The notes below the pieces were generated by a model that saw only the letters and a program-made list of their open reading frames with translations, made no database searches and had not been told where the DNA came from. A DNA stretch of 64,000 nt from Candidatus Calditenuaceae archaeon HR02 (GTDB lineage: Archaea; Thermoproteota; Nitrososphaeria_A; Caldarchaeales; Calditenuaceae). Shown in pieces: positions 19,426 through 29,141 of this stretch. A program made the translations under genes and the position numbers. How positions within the stretch are numbered: position 1 is the stretch's first letter; every line of letters starts with the position of its first letter. The stretch is from the NCBI GenBank assembly GCA_002898395.1, contig BEHE01000007.1, positions 22,872-86,871 of the forward strand, read 5' to 3'.

Positions 19426-19566
19426 ACCACATCCACCCCCTCGACACTAATATACGGTTTAGGCCCACCTCTCCCTACATTCACGACTAGGCCTAGCCCT
19501 CAGCCACACACCACAGTGGAAGGCCGAGGCACAAGATTAAGACACCAGAGCTGGAGGGAATGATTA

Positions 19567-19919
19567 ATGGGGGGTGGTAGGGCTGTCGTTGAGGCTCCAC
19601 TCGAGGACGGCCTCTATACTAGGGAGCCTAGATACGATATTGACTCAGGCAGGCTTAGGGTAAGGATAACTGCCGAAGTCTCTGAGCAATTATTAAACAG
19701 GGAAAAGCCGATTAGAGTGAGGATACTCAAGGACTACTCCACAGACATCCTTAAAGTAAGGCTTGAGAATGTGAATATAAGATACTACCCCGTCGCTAGG
19801 AGTGGCGCATACAATAGGGGGTTTAAATACTGCTCAAAATGCCAACAATACATACACACACAGAACAGATTAGATGTCCTAGATGCAACACAAAACTAAG
19901 AAACAAATCAAGAAGATAA
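19567..19919 (+). pseudogene. Zinc-ribbon protein frameshifted in a CA repeat
   Basis: YCSKC in the ORF frame; RCPRCNTKLRNKSRR* in a shifted frame after ATACACACACAG. Confidence 0.6.
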
Positions 19920-19937
19920 TATCTCTTCGCTTCGAGA

Positions 19938-20084
19938 GAAGCGTGTCGAAAAATCATCCGACCGTCGCCAAGATCGTTCTTCTTGTTATATGATGGAGGT
20001 GGGCGTGTCACCGCTCCTTACAAACAATTATACCTAGCCCAGTATAAAAAGGGTTAATGAATGACGAATTTTTCGACACGCCCC
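19938..20084. mobile_element. MITE-like element (~145 bp)
   Basis: 14-bp TIR GCGTGTCGAAAAAT (19941-19954 / 20068-20081); flanking direct repeat (C)TTCGAGA. Confidence 0.7.
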
Positions 20085-20129
20085 TTCGAGAGATTATTAT
20101 ATAAATCAGCGGCGCCTGAAGGGTGTTAG

Positions 20130-20350
20130 ATGAAAGTTTTAGACAGCAGAAGAGAAGAGCCGGAAGAGTTTAGTCCATTACACGGCAACAAAGTGTATAT
20201 GATTACTCCCACATCGGCCACGCCCGCACATACGTTGCATACGACGTCATTGCCAGATATCTAAGGTATAAGGGGTACACGGTCTTTTTCCTGATGAATA
20301 TAACGGATGTCGATGATAAGATAATTGATCGGGCGGCGGAGGAGGGTGTA
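20130..20350 (+). pseudogene. cysS: 5' fragment of cysteinyl-tRNA synthetase
   Basis: MKVLD..EEF.PL.GNKVYM, frameshift, [43 protein letters not shown]. Confidence 0.85.
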
Positions 20351-20401
20351 GCTCGTATAAATATAATTTATTTATACGAGCAGATTTATTTATACGAGCA
20401 G
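20351..20401. repeat. 13-bp inverted repeat plus 18-bp tandem duplication upstream of adh
   Basis: GCTCGTATAAATA-5nt-TATTTATACGAGC; ATTTATTTATACGAGCAG x2. Confidence 0.8.
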
Positions 20402-20409
20402 CAACTGAT

Positions 20410-21543
20410 TTGACCCTAGTGACGAGGGCCGCAGTGGTTGAGAGGCAGGGGCTTCCCAGACCCTATCAATCAACAAAGCCCGTGTCCGTGAAGGATCTAG
20501 AGTTGGTCGGGCCTTTAAAAAATGAAGTTCTTGTGAAGGTGGAGGCAGCTGGGCTCTGCCATTCCGACCTAGCGGTTATTGAGGGTGTTAGGAGACCACC
20601 TCTGCCGATCGTGCTCGGGCATGAGTGTGCGGGCAGGGTGGTGGATGTGGGTGAGGGTGTTTCATCGCCTAGGAGGGGTGACAGAGTTGTCCTATCATTC
20701 GCCCAGAGCTGTGGTGAGTGCGTCTATTGTCTTTCGGGGAGGCCTACGCTCTGCGACGCGGGCAGGGCAGCAAACAATGAGGGTGTGCTTGTTACAGGCG
20801 GGACGAGGTTCAGACTGAATGGGAAGGAGGTCCATCACCACTTGGGAGTGTCGGCCTTCTCCGAATACATCGTCGTCCCATCATCCTCAGCAATTCCAGT
20901 ACCCCCGGAGCTACCTCCCGAGAGGCTCGCCCTCTTCGGCTGCGCCATACCCACGGCCTTCGGAGCTGTCATAAATGCGGCGCAGGTAAGGCCTGGCTCA
21001 AGCGTCGCCGTCTTCGGATGCGGAGGACTAGGCCTCAACATAATCCAAGCCCTACGAGTCGCCGGAGCTATGCAGATAATCGCGGTAGACATATTAGCGG
21101 AGAAGCTGGAGAGGGCTGCTAGGCTGGGGGCTACAGACCTTGTCAACGCCTCGAAAGTGGACCCTGTAGCTGAGGTTAGGAGACTGACCGGGGGGCGAGG
21201 AGCAGAATACTGTTTCGAGGCCACTGGAAACACGCGCGTGATGGCCCAGGCCTTCCTAGCGACGCGGAAAGGTGGTACGACCGTGATCCTAGGAGTCACA
21301 TCACCCGAGGACAAGGTGGAGCTGCCTAGCTGGCTGATAATGGGTGAGGAGAGAAGAATAGTTGGGTCATACATGGGCTCCATTGTCCCGCGCCGCGACA
21401 TCCCCATGCTGGTCAACCTCTTCGCTAGGGGCGTGATAAGGCTGGATGAAGTTGTGACAGGGTATCTCAAGCTAGACGAGCTCAACGAGGGTCTCGATAG
21501 GTTGGCAGAGGGCGCAGCAGTGAGACAGATAGTAAAGATGTAA
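20410..21543 (+). CDS. Zinc-dependent alcohol dehydrogenase (MDR family)
   Basis: GLCHSD, GHECAG, structural Zn CxxCxxC..C, GCGGLG. Confidence 0.93.
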   Translation: MTLVTRAAVVERQGLPRPYQSTKPVSVKDLELVGPLKNEVLVKVEAAGLCHSDLAVIEGVRRPPLPIVLGHECAGRVVDVGEGVSSPRRGDRVVLSFAQSCGECVYCLSGRPTLCDAGRAANNEGVLVTGGTRFRLNGKEVHHHLGVSAFSEYIVVPSSSAIPVPPELPPERLALFGCAIPTAFGAVINAAQVRPGSSVAVFGCGGLGLNIIQALRVAGAMQIIAVDILAEKLERAARLGATDLVNASKVDPVAEVRRLTGGRGAEYCFEATGNTRVMAQAFLATRKGGTTVILGVTSPEDKVELPSWLIMGEERRIVGSYMGSIVPRRDIPMLVNLFARGVIRLDEVVTGYLKLDELNEGLDRLAEGAAVRQIVKM

Positions 21544-21547
21544 ATCC

Positions 21548-22189
21548 CTACTCGAGGGGTAGCCCAGATTTTCTAGGCATCTTATAGCGTTCCATCCTGT
21601 CCTCATATGCCCGAATCTTTTCACCATACTCCCTTAACGTGACCTCTATCTCGTCCAGCCCCTCTAGCAGCCTCCGCTTCACATTCGGCTCAAGCTTAAA
21701 GTTTATAATCCCTCCACCCGGCAACTTAATCGTCTCCGCATCGACGTCTATCTCTAGCGTGAGGCCACCCTTAGCCGCCTCGCCTCTAAGCCTTCTGACA
21801 ATCTCCTCCTCAAGCCTGACGCAGAGAAGACCATTCTTGACCGAGTTGCCGTAAAAGATGTCGCCGAAAGATGACGCTATCACGCATCTTATGCCGAAGT
21901 CCATTAGGGCCCAGACAGCGTTCTCCCTAGAAGAGCCTATGCCAAAGTTCCGTCCGGCAACGAGGATTACTGCGTCCCTAAACTCTTTCCTGTCTAGGAC
22001 GAACCCCTCCCTTGGCCTCCCCTCTTCATCGAATCTCCACCTGTAGAAGAGATACTTGCCGAGTCCTTTTCTCGAGAGGACCTTTAGGAATTGGGCTGGG
22101 ATAATCTGGTCAGTGTCCACGTCGTCCACCTCTAGTGGTGCGGCCTTGCCGACTATCCTCCTGACCGGTTCCGGCACTTCCCTACCCAC
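21548..22189 (-). CDS. leuD: 3-isopropylmalate dehydratase small subunit
   Basis: DVDTDQIIPAQFLK, NFGIGSSRENA, SFGDIFYGN, GLDEI. Confidence 0.93.
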   Translation of the reverse strand: MGREVPEPVRRIVGKAAPLEVDDVDTDQIIPAQFLKVLSRKGLGKYLFYRWRFDEEGRPREGFVLDRKEFRDAVILVAGRNFGIGSSRENAVWALMDFGIRCVIASSFGDIFYGNSVKNGLLCVRLEEEIVRRLRGEAAKGGLTLEIDVDAETIKLPGGGIINFKLEPNVKRRLLEGLDEIEVTLREYGEKIRAYEDRMERYKMPRKSGLPLE

Positions 22190-23663
22190 CTCTGAGAGGG
22201 TTAAGGACGTTCCTCTCTATCCAAGGCGAGGCCCATTCAAGCTCTAGCTCATCGACGCTTGCGAGGCTGTATCTTCTCGGGTCAGCTATTTTCCCCTCGA
22301 GAGCAGAGGCCGCTGCCGTGAGTGGGCTGGACAGGTGGACGCGGCTTCCCGGTCCTGCCCTGTTCTCGAAGTTCCTATTACTAGTGAGGACACCCCTCTC
22401 GCCTGGCCCGAGCCTATCCTCGTTCATGGCTATACACATGCTACAGCCGCTATTCCTCCACTCGAACCCAGCCTCGAGGAATATTTTGTGGAGACCCATC
22501 CTCTCAGCCCTCCTCTTAACGAGCATTGAACCTGGAACGATCATGGCCCTCACCCCTGGAGCAACCTTTCTGCCCTTGACCAGCCTAGCGACCATTACTA
22601 GGTCGGAGAGCCTCGCATTGGTGCAAGAGCCGATGAAGACAGCGTCTATTGGCGTCCCCTCAATTCTCTGGCCTGGCTCCAAGCCCATGTAGTCGAGAGC
22701 CCTCTCAACCATCCTTCTCTTCGCCGGGTCTTCAAACTCCCGCGGCTCAGGAACCGTCTCGCTCACACCTATACACATCGCAGGGTTGGTTCCCCAAGTT
22801 ATCTGGGGCTCAAGGCCGGAGACGTTTATCCTATAGCTCTTATCGAACCTCGCTCCATTATCCGTCTTCAACGTCTCCCAATATCTCTTAGCCTCTTCCC
22901 AGTCCTCGCCGGATGGGGCATAAGGCGTGCCTTCCAAATAGCTGTAGACTTTTCCGTCCGGTTCCACTATAGCTGTCCTCGCTCCTCCCTCAATTGCCAT
23001 GTTGCAGATCGTCATCCTCTCCTCGACGCTCATCTTCTTTACGGCCTCTCCTCTAAACTCGGCCACATGCCCGATCATTCCGCCAGTACCCAGTTCCCGA
23101 ATCACGTAGAGTATGGCATCCTTCGCAGTCGTATGGTTCTTGAAACTCCCCTCCAGAATAACCTCCATCTGCTTCGGCTTCCTCATCCATATTGTTTGGG
23201 TTGCAAAGACGTGCTCGCCCTCGCTTGTCCCTATACCGAAAGCAAGAGCACCCACGGCGCCATGGGTGCTGGTGTGACTGTCTCCGCAGACGAGCGTTAT
23301 GCCGGGGACGGTTAAACCAAGCTCGGGACCTACAACGTGTACAATACCCTGCCAAGGACTAAAGTAGTCGAAGAGCGTGATAGAGAATTCTCTCGCATTT
23401 CTAGCCAAGGCCCTCATCTGCTCGCGGGAATACTCGTCCCTGACAGGCAAGGCCCTATCAGCTGTCGGAACATTATGGTCCATTAGTGCGAAGGTCAGGT
23501 CCGGCCTCCTAACCCTCCTTCCCGCAGTTCTAAGACTCTCGAAGGCGATCGGCGAGGTCACCTCATGCGTTAAATGCCTATCAACGTAGAGGAGATACTC
23601 GTCCTCTCCACGCACAGCTAGGACGTGGTCGTCCCAAATCTTCTCCAAAACAGTTTTCGCCAT
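22182..23663 (-). CDS. leuC: 3-isopropylmalate dehydratase large subunit
   Basis: HEVTSP, DHNVPT, CGDSHTSTHGA, FIGSCTN, GCSMCIAMN, SNRNFE. Confidence 0.95.
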   Translation of the reverse strand: MAKTVLEKIWDDHVLAVRGEDEYLLYVDRHLTHEVTSPIAFESLRTAGRRVRRPDLTFALMDHNVPTADRALPVRDEYSREQMRALARNAREFSITLFDYFSPWQGIVHVVGPELGLTVPGITLVCGDSHTSTHGAVGALAFGIGTSEGEHVFATQTIWMRKPKQMEVILEGSFKNHTTAKDAILYVIRELGTGGMIGHVAEFRGEAVKKMSVEERMTICNMAIEGGARTAIVEPDGKVYSYLEGTPYAPSGEDWEEAKRYWETLKTDNGARFDKSYRINVSGLEPQITWGTNPAMCIGVSETVPEPREFEDPAKRRMVERALDYMGLEPGQRIEGTPIDAVFIGSCTNARLSDLVMVARLVKGRKVAPGVRAMIVPGSMLVKRRAERMGLHKIFLEAGFEWRNSGCSMCIAMNEDRLGPGERGVLTSNRNFENRAGPGSRVHLSSPLTAAASALEGKIADPRRYSLASVDELELEWASPWIERNVLNPLRGG

Positions 23664-23747
23664 CTCAACCCAGATTTATCCCAATTCATGACTAATAAAC
23701 TTCTACTTGGTTGATAGAATTGAGAGAAACCGGTTAGGGGTTGTGGC

Positions 23748-24521
23748 CTACAGAATCTTCTTCAGATTCTCTATGCACCGCCTAGCAGACTCGAGGGGAG
23801 GGTAGGGGTAAGTCTCCTGCTCAACTATCAGCCACTCTGTTCCTCCAGCCTCCCTGCAGGCTTCTAGCACCTCCTTGAAAGGCACGTCCCCCTCGCCAAG
23901 TATGACGAATCCATGCCTATGTGAGTAGTCTTTTAGATGGATTGTCTGGGCCCTGTTCGGGTATCTCTTTAAAGTCTCGACTAAAATGGTGTGGGGTATT
24001 CCAGCACTGAGGGCGTTTCCCGTATCAAGCTGCATGAATACTGAGCGGCTCGCGTTGTCAAAGAATATGTACCAGGGATATTCTCCATTGACTGGTATGA
24101 ACTCTTCGCGATGATTGTGGTATCCGATCCTGAAGCCTTGGACCGCGGCTTTATCTGCTATCTCGCTTATCAGCCTTGCTGAGTTTATCCAGTCTCGCTT
24201 GTCGCTCCTCATCTCGGGTGGGAGCCAGGGGATGACGATCTTGTTGTTTCCAAGCTCCATGTTATATCTTAATGTTTTCTCGAGCTCGTTCCCGCTCATC
24301 TTCTGTATTGACTCGTGGGCTCCGGCAATCTCTAGACCCAAGTCTCTAAGCTTGTCCCGAATATCGCCGGCCGATTTTCCATAGTATCCCGCGAACTCGA
24401 CGCCCTCAAACCCCATCTCAGCCACAGCCTCAAGGGTCTTGAAGAGATCCTTAGAACACTCATCCCTCACGGAGTATAGCTGTAGGGCGATTCTAAGCTT
24501 GCGTGAGGGCATGTGACTCAC
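23748..24521 (-). CDS. Sugar phosphate isomerase/epimerase (TIM barrel)
   Basis: QLYSVR, GVEFAG, YHNH..EF, QLDTG, HLKD, IVEQE. Confidence 0.9.
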   Translation of the reverse strand: MSHMPSRKLRIALQLYSVRDECSKDLFKTLEAVAEMGFEGVEFAGYYGKSAGDIRDKLRDLGLEIAGAHESIQKMSGNELEKTLRYNMELGNNKIVIPWLPPEMRSDKRDWINSARLISEIADKAAVQGFRIGYHNHREEFIPVNGEYPWYIFFDNASRSVFMQLDTGNALSAGIPHTILVETLKRYPNRAQTIHLKDYSHRHGFVILGEGDVPFKEVLEACREAGGTEWLIVEQETYPYPPLESARRCIENLKKIL

Positions 24522-24557
24522 ATACCCGGGGGATTGAGATGTACTTAAACTGTCTTT

Positions 24558-25868
24558 TTAACTTTCACTCAGCTCTTCGACGGTCCTGTTTGCAGTCTCG
24601 ATCCCACGCGCCAACCAGGCTAAAGTAGTTGCCAAGCCAGCCCCCCAGAGGATTACCGAGGACGCTAAGAACTCGGAAGCGGTGAATACGTTCTGTGTGA
24701 GGACCATTAGCGCGCCGCTGACACCTGTGAAGCTTGTCAAAACACCTACCGCGGTGGCCCTGATGCCTGTGGGGAAGAGCTCGCTCTGTAGGGCGCTTAC
24801 CGAGCCCCAGGCCCATTCTGAGAAGACAAGGCAGAGGAAGAGTGTGGTGTAGAAATGGAGGGTCAGCTCAAGGTCGTGTGTGAGCAGTACTAGTGCTGCA
24901 AAAACTGTCCCCAACAGGAATGAGAGGAGGATTGATAGCCTTCTACTCCTGTCTATGAGCGGCCAGAGGAGGGGTGCGCCAATAGAGGCTCCGAGGTTTG
25001 CGATAAAAATGACTTGGGGCGCGGACTCGACGCCGAAAGCAAAGTCTCTGGCATATGGTGCGTAATAGGCCATCATCCCATAGGTAACATATTGTGAAAC
25101 GGTTATGATTGAGAGTATGGCGAAACGGTATAAGAAGCCAATGCCGACGCCCCCCGCCGACTTGTCGGCTCTGGCTGCTACCCCACTTGGAGGTGGCTGA
25201 GGCTGTTGGGCGCCAATCTCTGCTGAGACCTTCGCGGCTTCAGTAGCCTTGCCTACGTGTAGTAGCCATCGAGGCGACTCTGGGACCATAAGCCTAATCA
25301 CCGCCACAAGCCCGAGTGTTGCTATGGTTGCGAGGAGGATGTACTGGATCTGGATGTCCGGGTCGGAGTATATCGCCCTGAACACCAGCGCTGCTCCCGC
25401 TATAGCCGCGCTCCCGACATTCCAGAAGTTGGTTGAGAGGAGGATAGCCTTCCCCCTATACCTCGCTGGAACCACCTCTGCCAAGGCCGCATAAGACGCG
25501 CCAAAATCTCCTCCCACACTGAAGCTCATTAGAGAGGTCAGGACCAAGACTGCCAGGGGGGACTTGTAGAGGAAAAATAGGAGCCCGGTAGAGAGGGCCT
25601 GTATCGAGTTAATCAAGAGGAGGATGAACTTCCTGCCACGCCTATCTGCAAGGAATCCGAAGAAGAGCGAGCCCGCCGTCTCAGCGAGTAGGTTAGAGGC
25701 AAAGATGATGGTGGCGAGTTCTGGTGCAATGATTACTGCCGTCAAAGGAGCTATCGCGAAGACTATTCCATCGAGCAGATAGTTGAGGGAGACTGCTGTG
25801 AAGAGGTACCAGTGCGGGCGTCTCCAACCAGCTGACTCTAGGGATGCCAGGACCTCCTCTCTCGACAC
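24558..25868 (-). CDS. MFS transporter (possibly for a thiamin precursor)
   Basis: GFLADRRGRK, ELFPTGIRA; downstream of two tenA genes. Confidence 0.85.
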   Translation of the reverse strand: MSREEVLASLESAGWRRPHWYLFTAVSLNYLLDGIVFAIAPLTAVIIAPELATIIFASNLLAETAGSLFFGFLADRRGRKFILLLINSIQALSTGLLFFLYKSPLAVLVLTSLMSFSVGGDFGASYAALAEVVPARYRGKAILLSTNFWNVGSAAIAGAALVFRAIYSDPDIQIQYILLATIATLGLVAVIRLMVPESPRWLLHVGKATEAAKVSAEIGAQQPQPPPSGVAARADKSAGGVGIGFLYRFAILSIITVSQYVTYGMMAYYAPYARDFAFGVESAPQVIFIANLGASIGAPLLWPLIDRSRRLSILLSFLLGTVFAALVLLTHDLELTLHFYTTLFLCLVFSEWAWGSVSALQSELFPTGIRATAVGVLTSFTGVSGALMVLTQNVFTASEFLASSVILWGAGLATTLAWLARGIETANRTVEELSES

Positions 25869-25931
25869 TTCGGTGAAGTGTCGGCGTCTCGGTTCATATA
25901 AACCGGTCTATAACCTAGTTATGGGTTGACA

Positions 25932-26624
25932 TTACTGCTTCGGCACGAAGGGCCAGCTTTCCCTCCTGTATGAAGAGTCCCAGAATAGATACTCGTAAAT
26001 CGTTGAGATTCTGAAGTGTAGTTCTGCGTCAATTAGCTCCTCCTTTCCCGCCCTTTCACCCGCCTTGCCGGCCAGCCTTATTATGCGGTCCACCGCCTGC
26101 TCGTAGTCTGGTGAGGAGTAGGTGTCTATCCACCGGCTGTATGTCTCGACCGGTGACCCCCTCTTCAACAATTCTCTACCCACCTCCATGTACACCCAGA
26201 AGCAGGGGAGTATCGCTGCTAAACCGGTGAGGAATGGCTTCTCATAGGCTGAGGCTATGAGAAAGTCTGTGTAGGCGCGGTTGGTGGGTGACATCTGGTA
26301 CCCCTTGAGGATTGGCATGCTGATGCCCCACTGGGAGAGGAGGAAGTCGTGTAGTGAGGCCCGCTCAACTAAAAGTGCGTCGCGTGCGGTTGAGATTAGT
26401 GTGAGGGCTGCGTCGTCATCCGGCGCCTTAGCCCCTACAAGAGCCACGGCCTTGGCGAACCTACTGAGATAGAGTGCATCTTGGATGATGTATTCCTTGA
26501 AGACCTCTACGTCGAGGCTTCCATCTGTCAGCCCTGTTATGAACGGATGTGCCAGAATAGCCTGATAGACATCTCTGGCGGCGGACCATAGACGATCAGT
26601 GAAACAGCCCATTCTGCCTCTCAC
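25932..26624 (-). CDS. tenA: TenA (thiaminase II), Cys-containing type
   Basis: HPF..L.DGSL, YIIQDALYL, LPCFWVY, Y..WIDTY, EY.FWD. Confidence 0.9.
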   Translation of the reverse strand: MRGRMGCFTDRLWSAARDVYQAILAHPFITGLTDGSLDVEVFKEYIIQDALYLSRFAKAVALVGAKAPDDDAALTLISTARDALLVERASLHDFLLSQWGISMPILKGYQMSPTNRAYTDFLIASAYEKPFLTGLAAILPCFWVYMEVGRELLKRGSPVETYSRWIDTYSSPDYEQAVDRIIRLAGKAGERAGKEELIDAELHFRISTIYEYLFWDSSYRRESWPFVPKQ

Positions 26625-27265
26625 CCACTATAGAGAGAATCCCAGAAACCGAGCTCATAGCTCTGAATCATCCTGGAGACAAGCCGGGCCCTCGCCTCCA
26701 TTCCAGGCATGTATCTCTCCAGAATCCTTCCACCCTCCTCCTCAATCCAGCTGGGTGGATTAGCGAAAGCGTCTAGGAAATCGGTAGACCTGACACCGTA
26801 GTTCTCCCTGAGCGCCGATGCGAGCCTGCCACAAGCGCGGCCCCAGACCGGCAAATTAACCACCAGGGCGGCCACCTGCTCACATATCCCGCCATAAAGG
26901 GCGAGCCAAGCGAGGTAGTGGGTATAGGCCACTGCCCCCGGCAAGACCCTCAACTCGCTGAACTCCTTGAAAGGTGCTTTCAACTCCTCGCCAAGCTTGA
27001 GTAGTGTCTGGAATGCAGCGAGGTCTCCTTGCTTGAGACGTGATAGGTAATCAGCCTCATCGGGGTGCGAGGCCCTGCTAACCATTACGGCCAAACTCCT
27101 CAAGTCGTGATAAACAATGTAATACTGGTTCTCTACGAAAAGTCTTAGCTTTTCCTTGGGTAGGAGCCCCCTCTCTGCCTCGGTTAGAAAGGGGTGGTTC
27201 TCGATACGTCTGTTCAAGGCCTCGAGCTCTCTGCGCAGATTCTCGATGAGGTCGCGCCCTCTCAC
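26621..27265 (-). CDS. TenA-like paralog lacking the catalytic Cys
   Basis: NHPFL, NQYYI, AVAYTHYL, VNLPVW, YE..FWD. Confidence 0.8.
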   Translation of the reverse strand: MRGRDLIENLRRELEALNRRIENHPFLTEAERGLLPKEKLRLFVENQYYIVYHDLRSLAVMVSRASHPDEADYLSRLKQGDLAAFQTLLKLGEELKAPFKEFSELRVLPGAVAYTHYLAWLALYGGICEQVAALVVNLPVWGRACGRLASALRENYGVRSTDFLDAFANPPSWIEEEGGRILERYMPGMEARARLVSRMIQSYELGFWDSLYSG

Positions 27266-27394
27266 GAAGCCAGATTAGCCTCTGACATATTTAACTTGGG
27301 TGATAAGCCGCTGATTGCTTGTACTCTGTTGGGGTCTGATAGCCTTATATAGCAGGGGCGGCGTTAAATCTTGTCCTAAAGTGGTTGGAAAGGT

Positions 27395-27832
27395 TTGGAA
27401 AGAGTAGACAAGATTGAAAGCCTAACACCAAACTCTCGGAACGTAAACATTGTCGCGAAAGTAGTCTCTAAGAGTGAGCCCCGCTCTGTAGGAAGCCAGT
27501 ATGACCAGAGCCAACACCAGCTAGCAGAGTCGCTCATAGCCGACGAGACAGGAGCAATACAGCTAGTACTGTGGGACGAGAACATAAACAAGGTAAACGA
27601 GGGCGACACCGTCAAGATCTCGAACGCCTTTGTAAAGGTTTTCAGAGGTAAGATGCAGCTGAACTTAGGTAGGTATGGGAAGCTCGAGATAACCGATGAG
27701 GAGCTCAGTAACGTGAATGTTGAAAACAATCTATCTGAGAAGACTGTCTATCAGGGTGCGGCGAGGCCTGGAGGTGCCAGGAGGCGGGGCTGGTCTCCTA
27801 GGGGGCCTCGCACCAGGTTCGGTAGCGAGTAA
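27395..27832 (+). CDS. ssb: Single-stranded DNA-binding protein (single OB fold, crenarchaeal type)
   Basis: IADETG.I.LVLWD, GD.VKI.NAFV..F.G..QLN.GRYG; Arg/Gly-rich tail. Confidence 0.88.
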   Translation: MERVDKIESLTPNSRNVNIVAKVVSKSEPRSVGSQYDQSQHQLAESLIADETGAIQLVLWDENINKVNEGDTVKISNAFVKVFRGKMQLNLGRYGKLEITDEELSNVNVENNLSEKTVYQGAARPGGARRRGWSPRGPRTRFGSE

Positions 27833-27838
27833 AAACTC

Positions 27839-29131
27839 CTACTCGAGAGGCTCAACTAGGAGAATCCTGTCCTCAACACCAACAACTTTTATTGTTTGAT
27901 TTTGTTTAACAGGCTTTAGAGCCTTTGCTCTCCTATATTCTCCAGCGACGACCACGTAGCCGATCTTGCCGGCCTCAATATCTTCGACAGACCGCCCAAC
28001 CTTCGCTGTAGGAGTCAGCTCGAAGGATTTTCGCCTAACGGTACGGAGCGCCTTATAGAGTATGAAGGCGGTCACGCCACCTCCGAAGGCTGCTACCAGA
28101 CCAATGGTCACTTGAAGCTCATTGAGCCACTCCTGTGACACGTAAATCACCCCTGGGGGAGCCCGTACTAGGAGGATTAAACCTAGCGATAGTAAAATGA
28201 CTCCGCCTATCATTGCAGCCATTATTCCGCCCGAATAGAACTCGTAGAGTATGAGTACTGATCCCAAGACTATGAGCGCTAGTCCGGCCCAGTTTAGGTT
28301 GAAGCCCTGCCCCACAAGCCCTAAAACTATCAACACACCCCCCAACAACTCCGCGCCGAACCCTGGTGAGGAGAGACCCACTATGAGTATCAAGACTCCG
28401 AGAGTCAGTAATAGGCCGGAGACCAGCGGGTCGCTTAGGAACTGAAGCACCTGAATCCTAACGTCGGGGTCAACCCTCACCAATCTTGCTCCACGTGTGT
28501 TGAGGGCGACTTCGCCGTGGATAGTTTTGACTACAGCCCCATCAGCCTTCTCCAACAATTCGGAGGTGTCTCCTGCGACTATCTCTATTACACCGTAGCT
28601 TAAAGCCTCCTCTGGCCCCAGGTTATCGTTATGTGTGACAAACCGGGCAGCCTGTGTCTCGTTTCTGCCATGCAGCCTAGCCATGCTTCGCATCTTCTCG
28701 ACGAGAAAGTTGATGAGCTTCGTGTCGTTGGAGGGAACCCCATTCACCACTGGCTGTGCTGACCCGATGGTTGTGTAGGGAGCCATGGCTGCGAGGCTTG
28801 ATGCCATCAAGATGTATGTTCCTGCGGAGAGAGATTGCCCTCCCGGCGGATAGACGTATACTATAACCGGTATTGGTGATGCCATCATCGCGTCTATTAT
28901 CTTGAACGTGGAGTCTCCTAGTCCGCCGAAGGTGTTTATCGTTATCAGAACGGCCCTGTAGCCTCTAGAGCTTTCTAAGGCTGCGGTAATGTACTCGGCT
29001 GTGGCTGGCGATATATTGCCTGAGATATTGAGCCACATTATCTCCCCCTGCCCCGAGGCTAAAGGGACCAATAATGCCACATAGAGCAGGAGGAGGGTGG
29101 ATGAAGCCGCGAACCTATATGTCGGTCTCAA
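27839..29131 (-). CDS. nfeD: NfeD membrane-bound serine protease
   Basis: INTFGG, SAGTYI, MAP.T.IGSAQP, TM block, C-terminal OB fold; adjacent to stomatin. Confidence 0.9.
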   Translation of the reverse strand: MRPTYRFAASSTLLLLYVALLVPLASGQGEIMWLNISGNISPATAEYITAALESSRGYRAVLITINTFGGLGDSTFKIIDAMMASPIPVIVYVYPPGGQSLSAGTYILMASSLAAMAPYTTIGSAQPVVNGVPSNDTKLINFLVEKMRSMARLHGRNETQAARFVTHNDNLGPEEALSYGVIEIVAGDTSELLEKADGAVVKTIHGEVALNTRGARLVRVDPDVRIQVLQFLSDPLVSGLLLTLGVLILIVGLSSPGFGAELLGGVLIVLGLVGQGFNLNWAGLALIVLGSVLILYEFYSGGIMAAMIGGVILLSLGLILLVRAPPGVIYVSQEWLNELQVTIGLVAAFGGGVTAFILYKALRTVRRKSFELTPTAKVGRSVEDIEAGKIGYVVVAGEYRRAKALKPVKQNQTIKVVGVEDRILLVEPLE

Positions 29132-29141
29132 GGGTTAAGCG

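Larger units (their letters stand above)
18429..19464 (-). mobile_element. IS110-like element bounded by a 9-bp direct repeat GGTTTAGGC
   Basis: Repeat at 18429-18437 and 19456-19464; contains one ORF and a structured 3' non-coding region. Confidence 0.6.
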
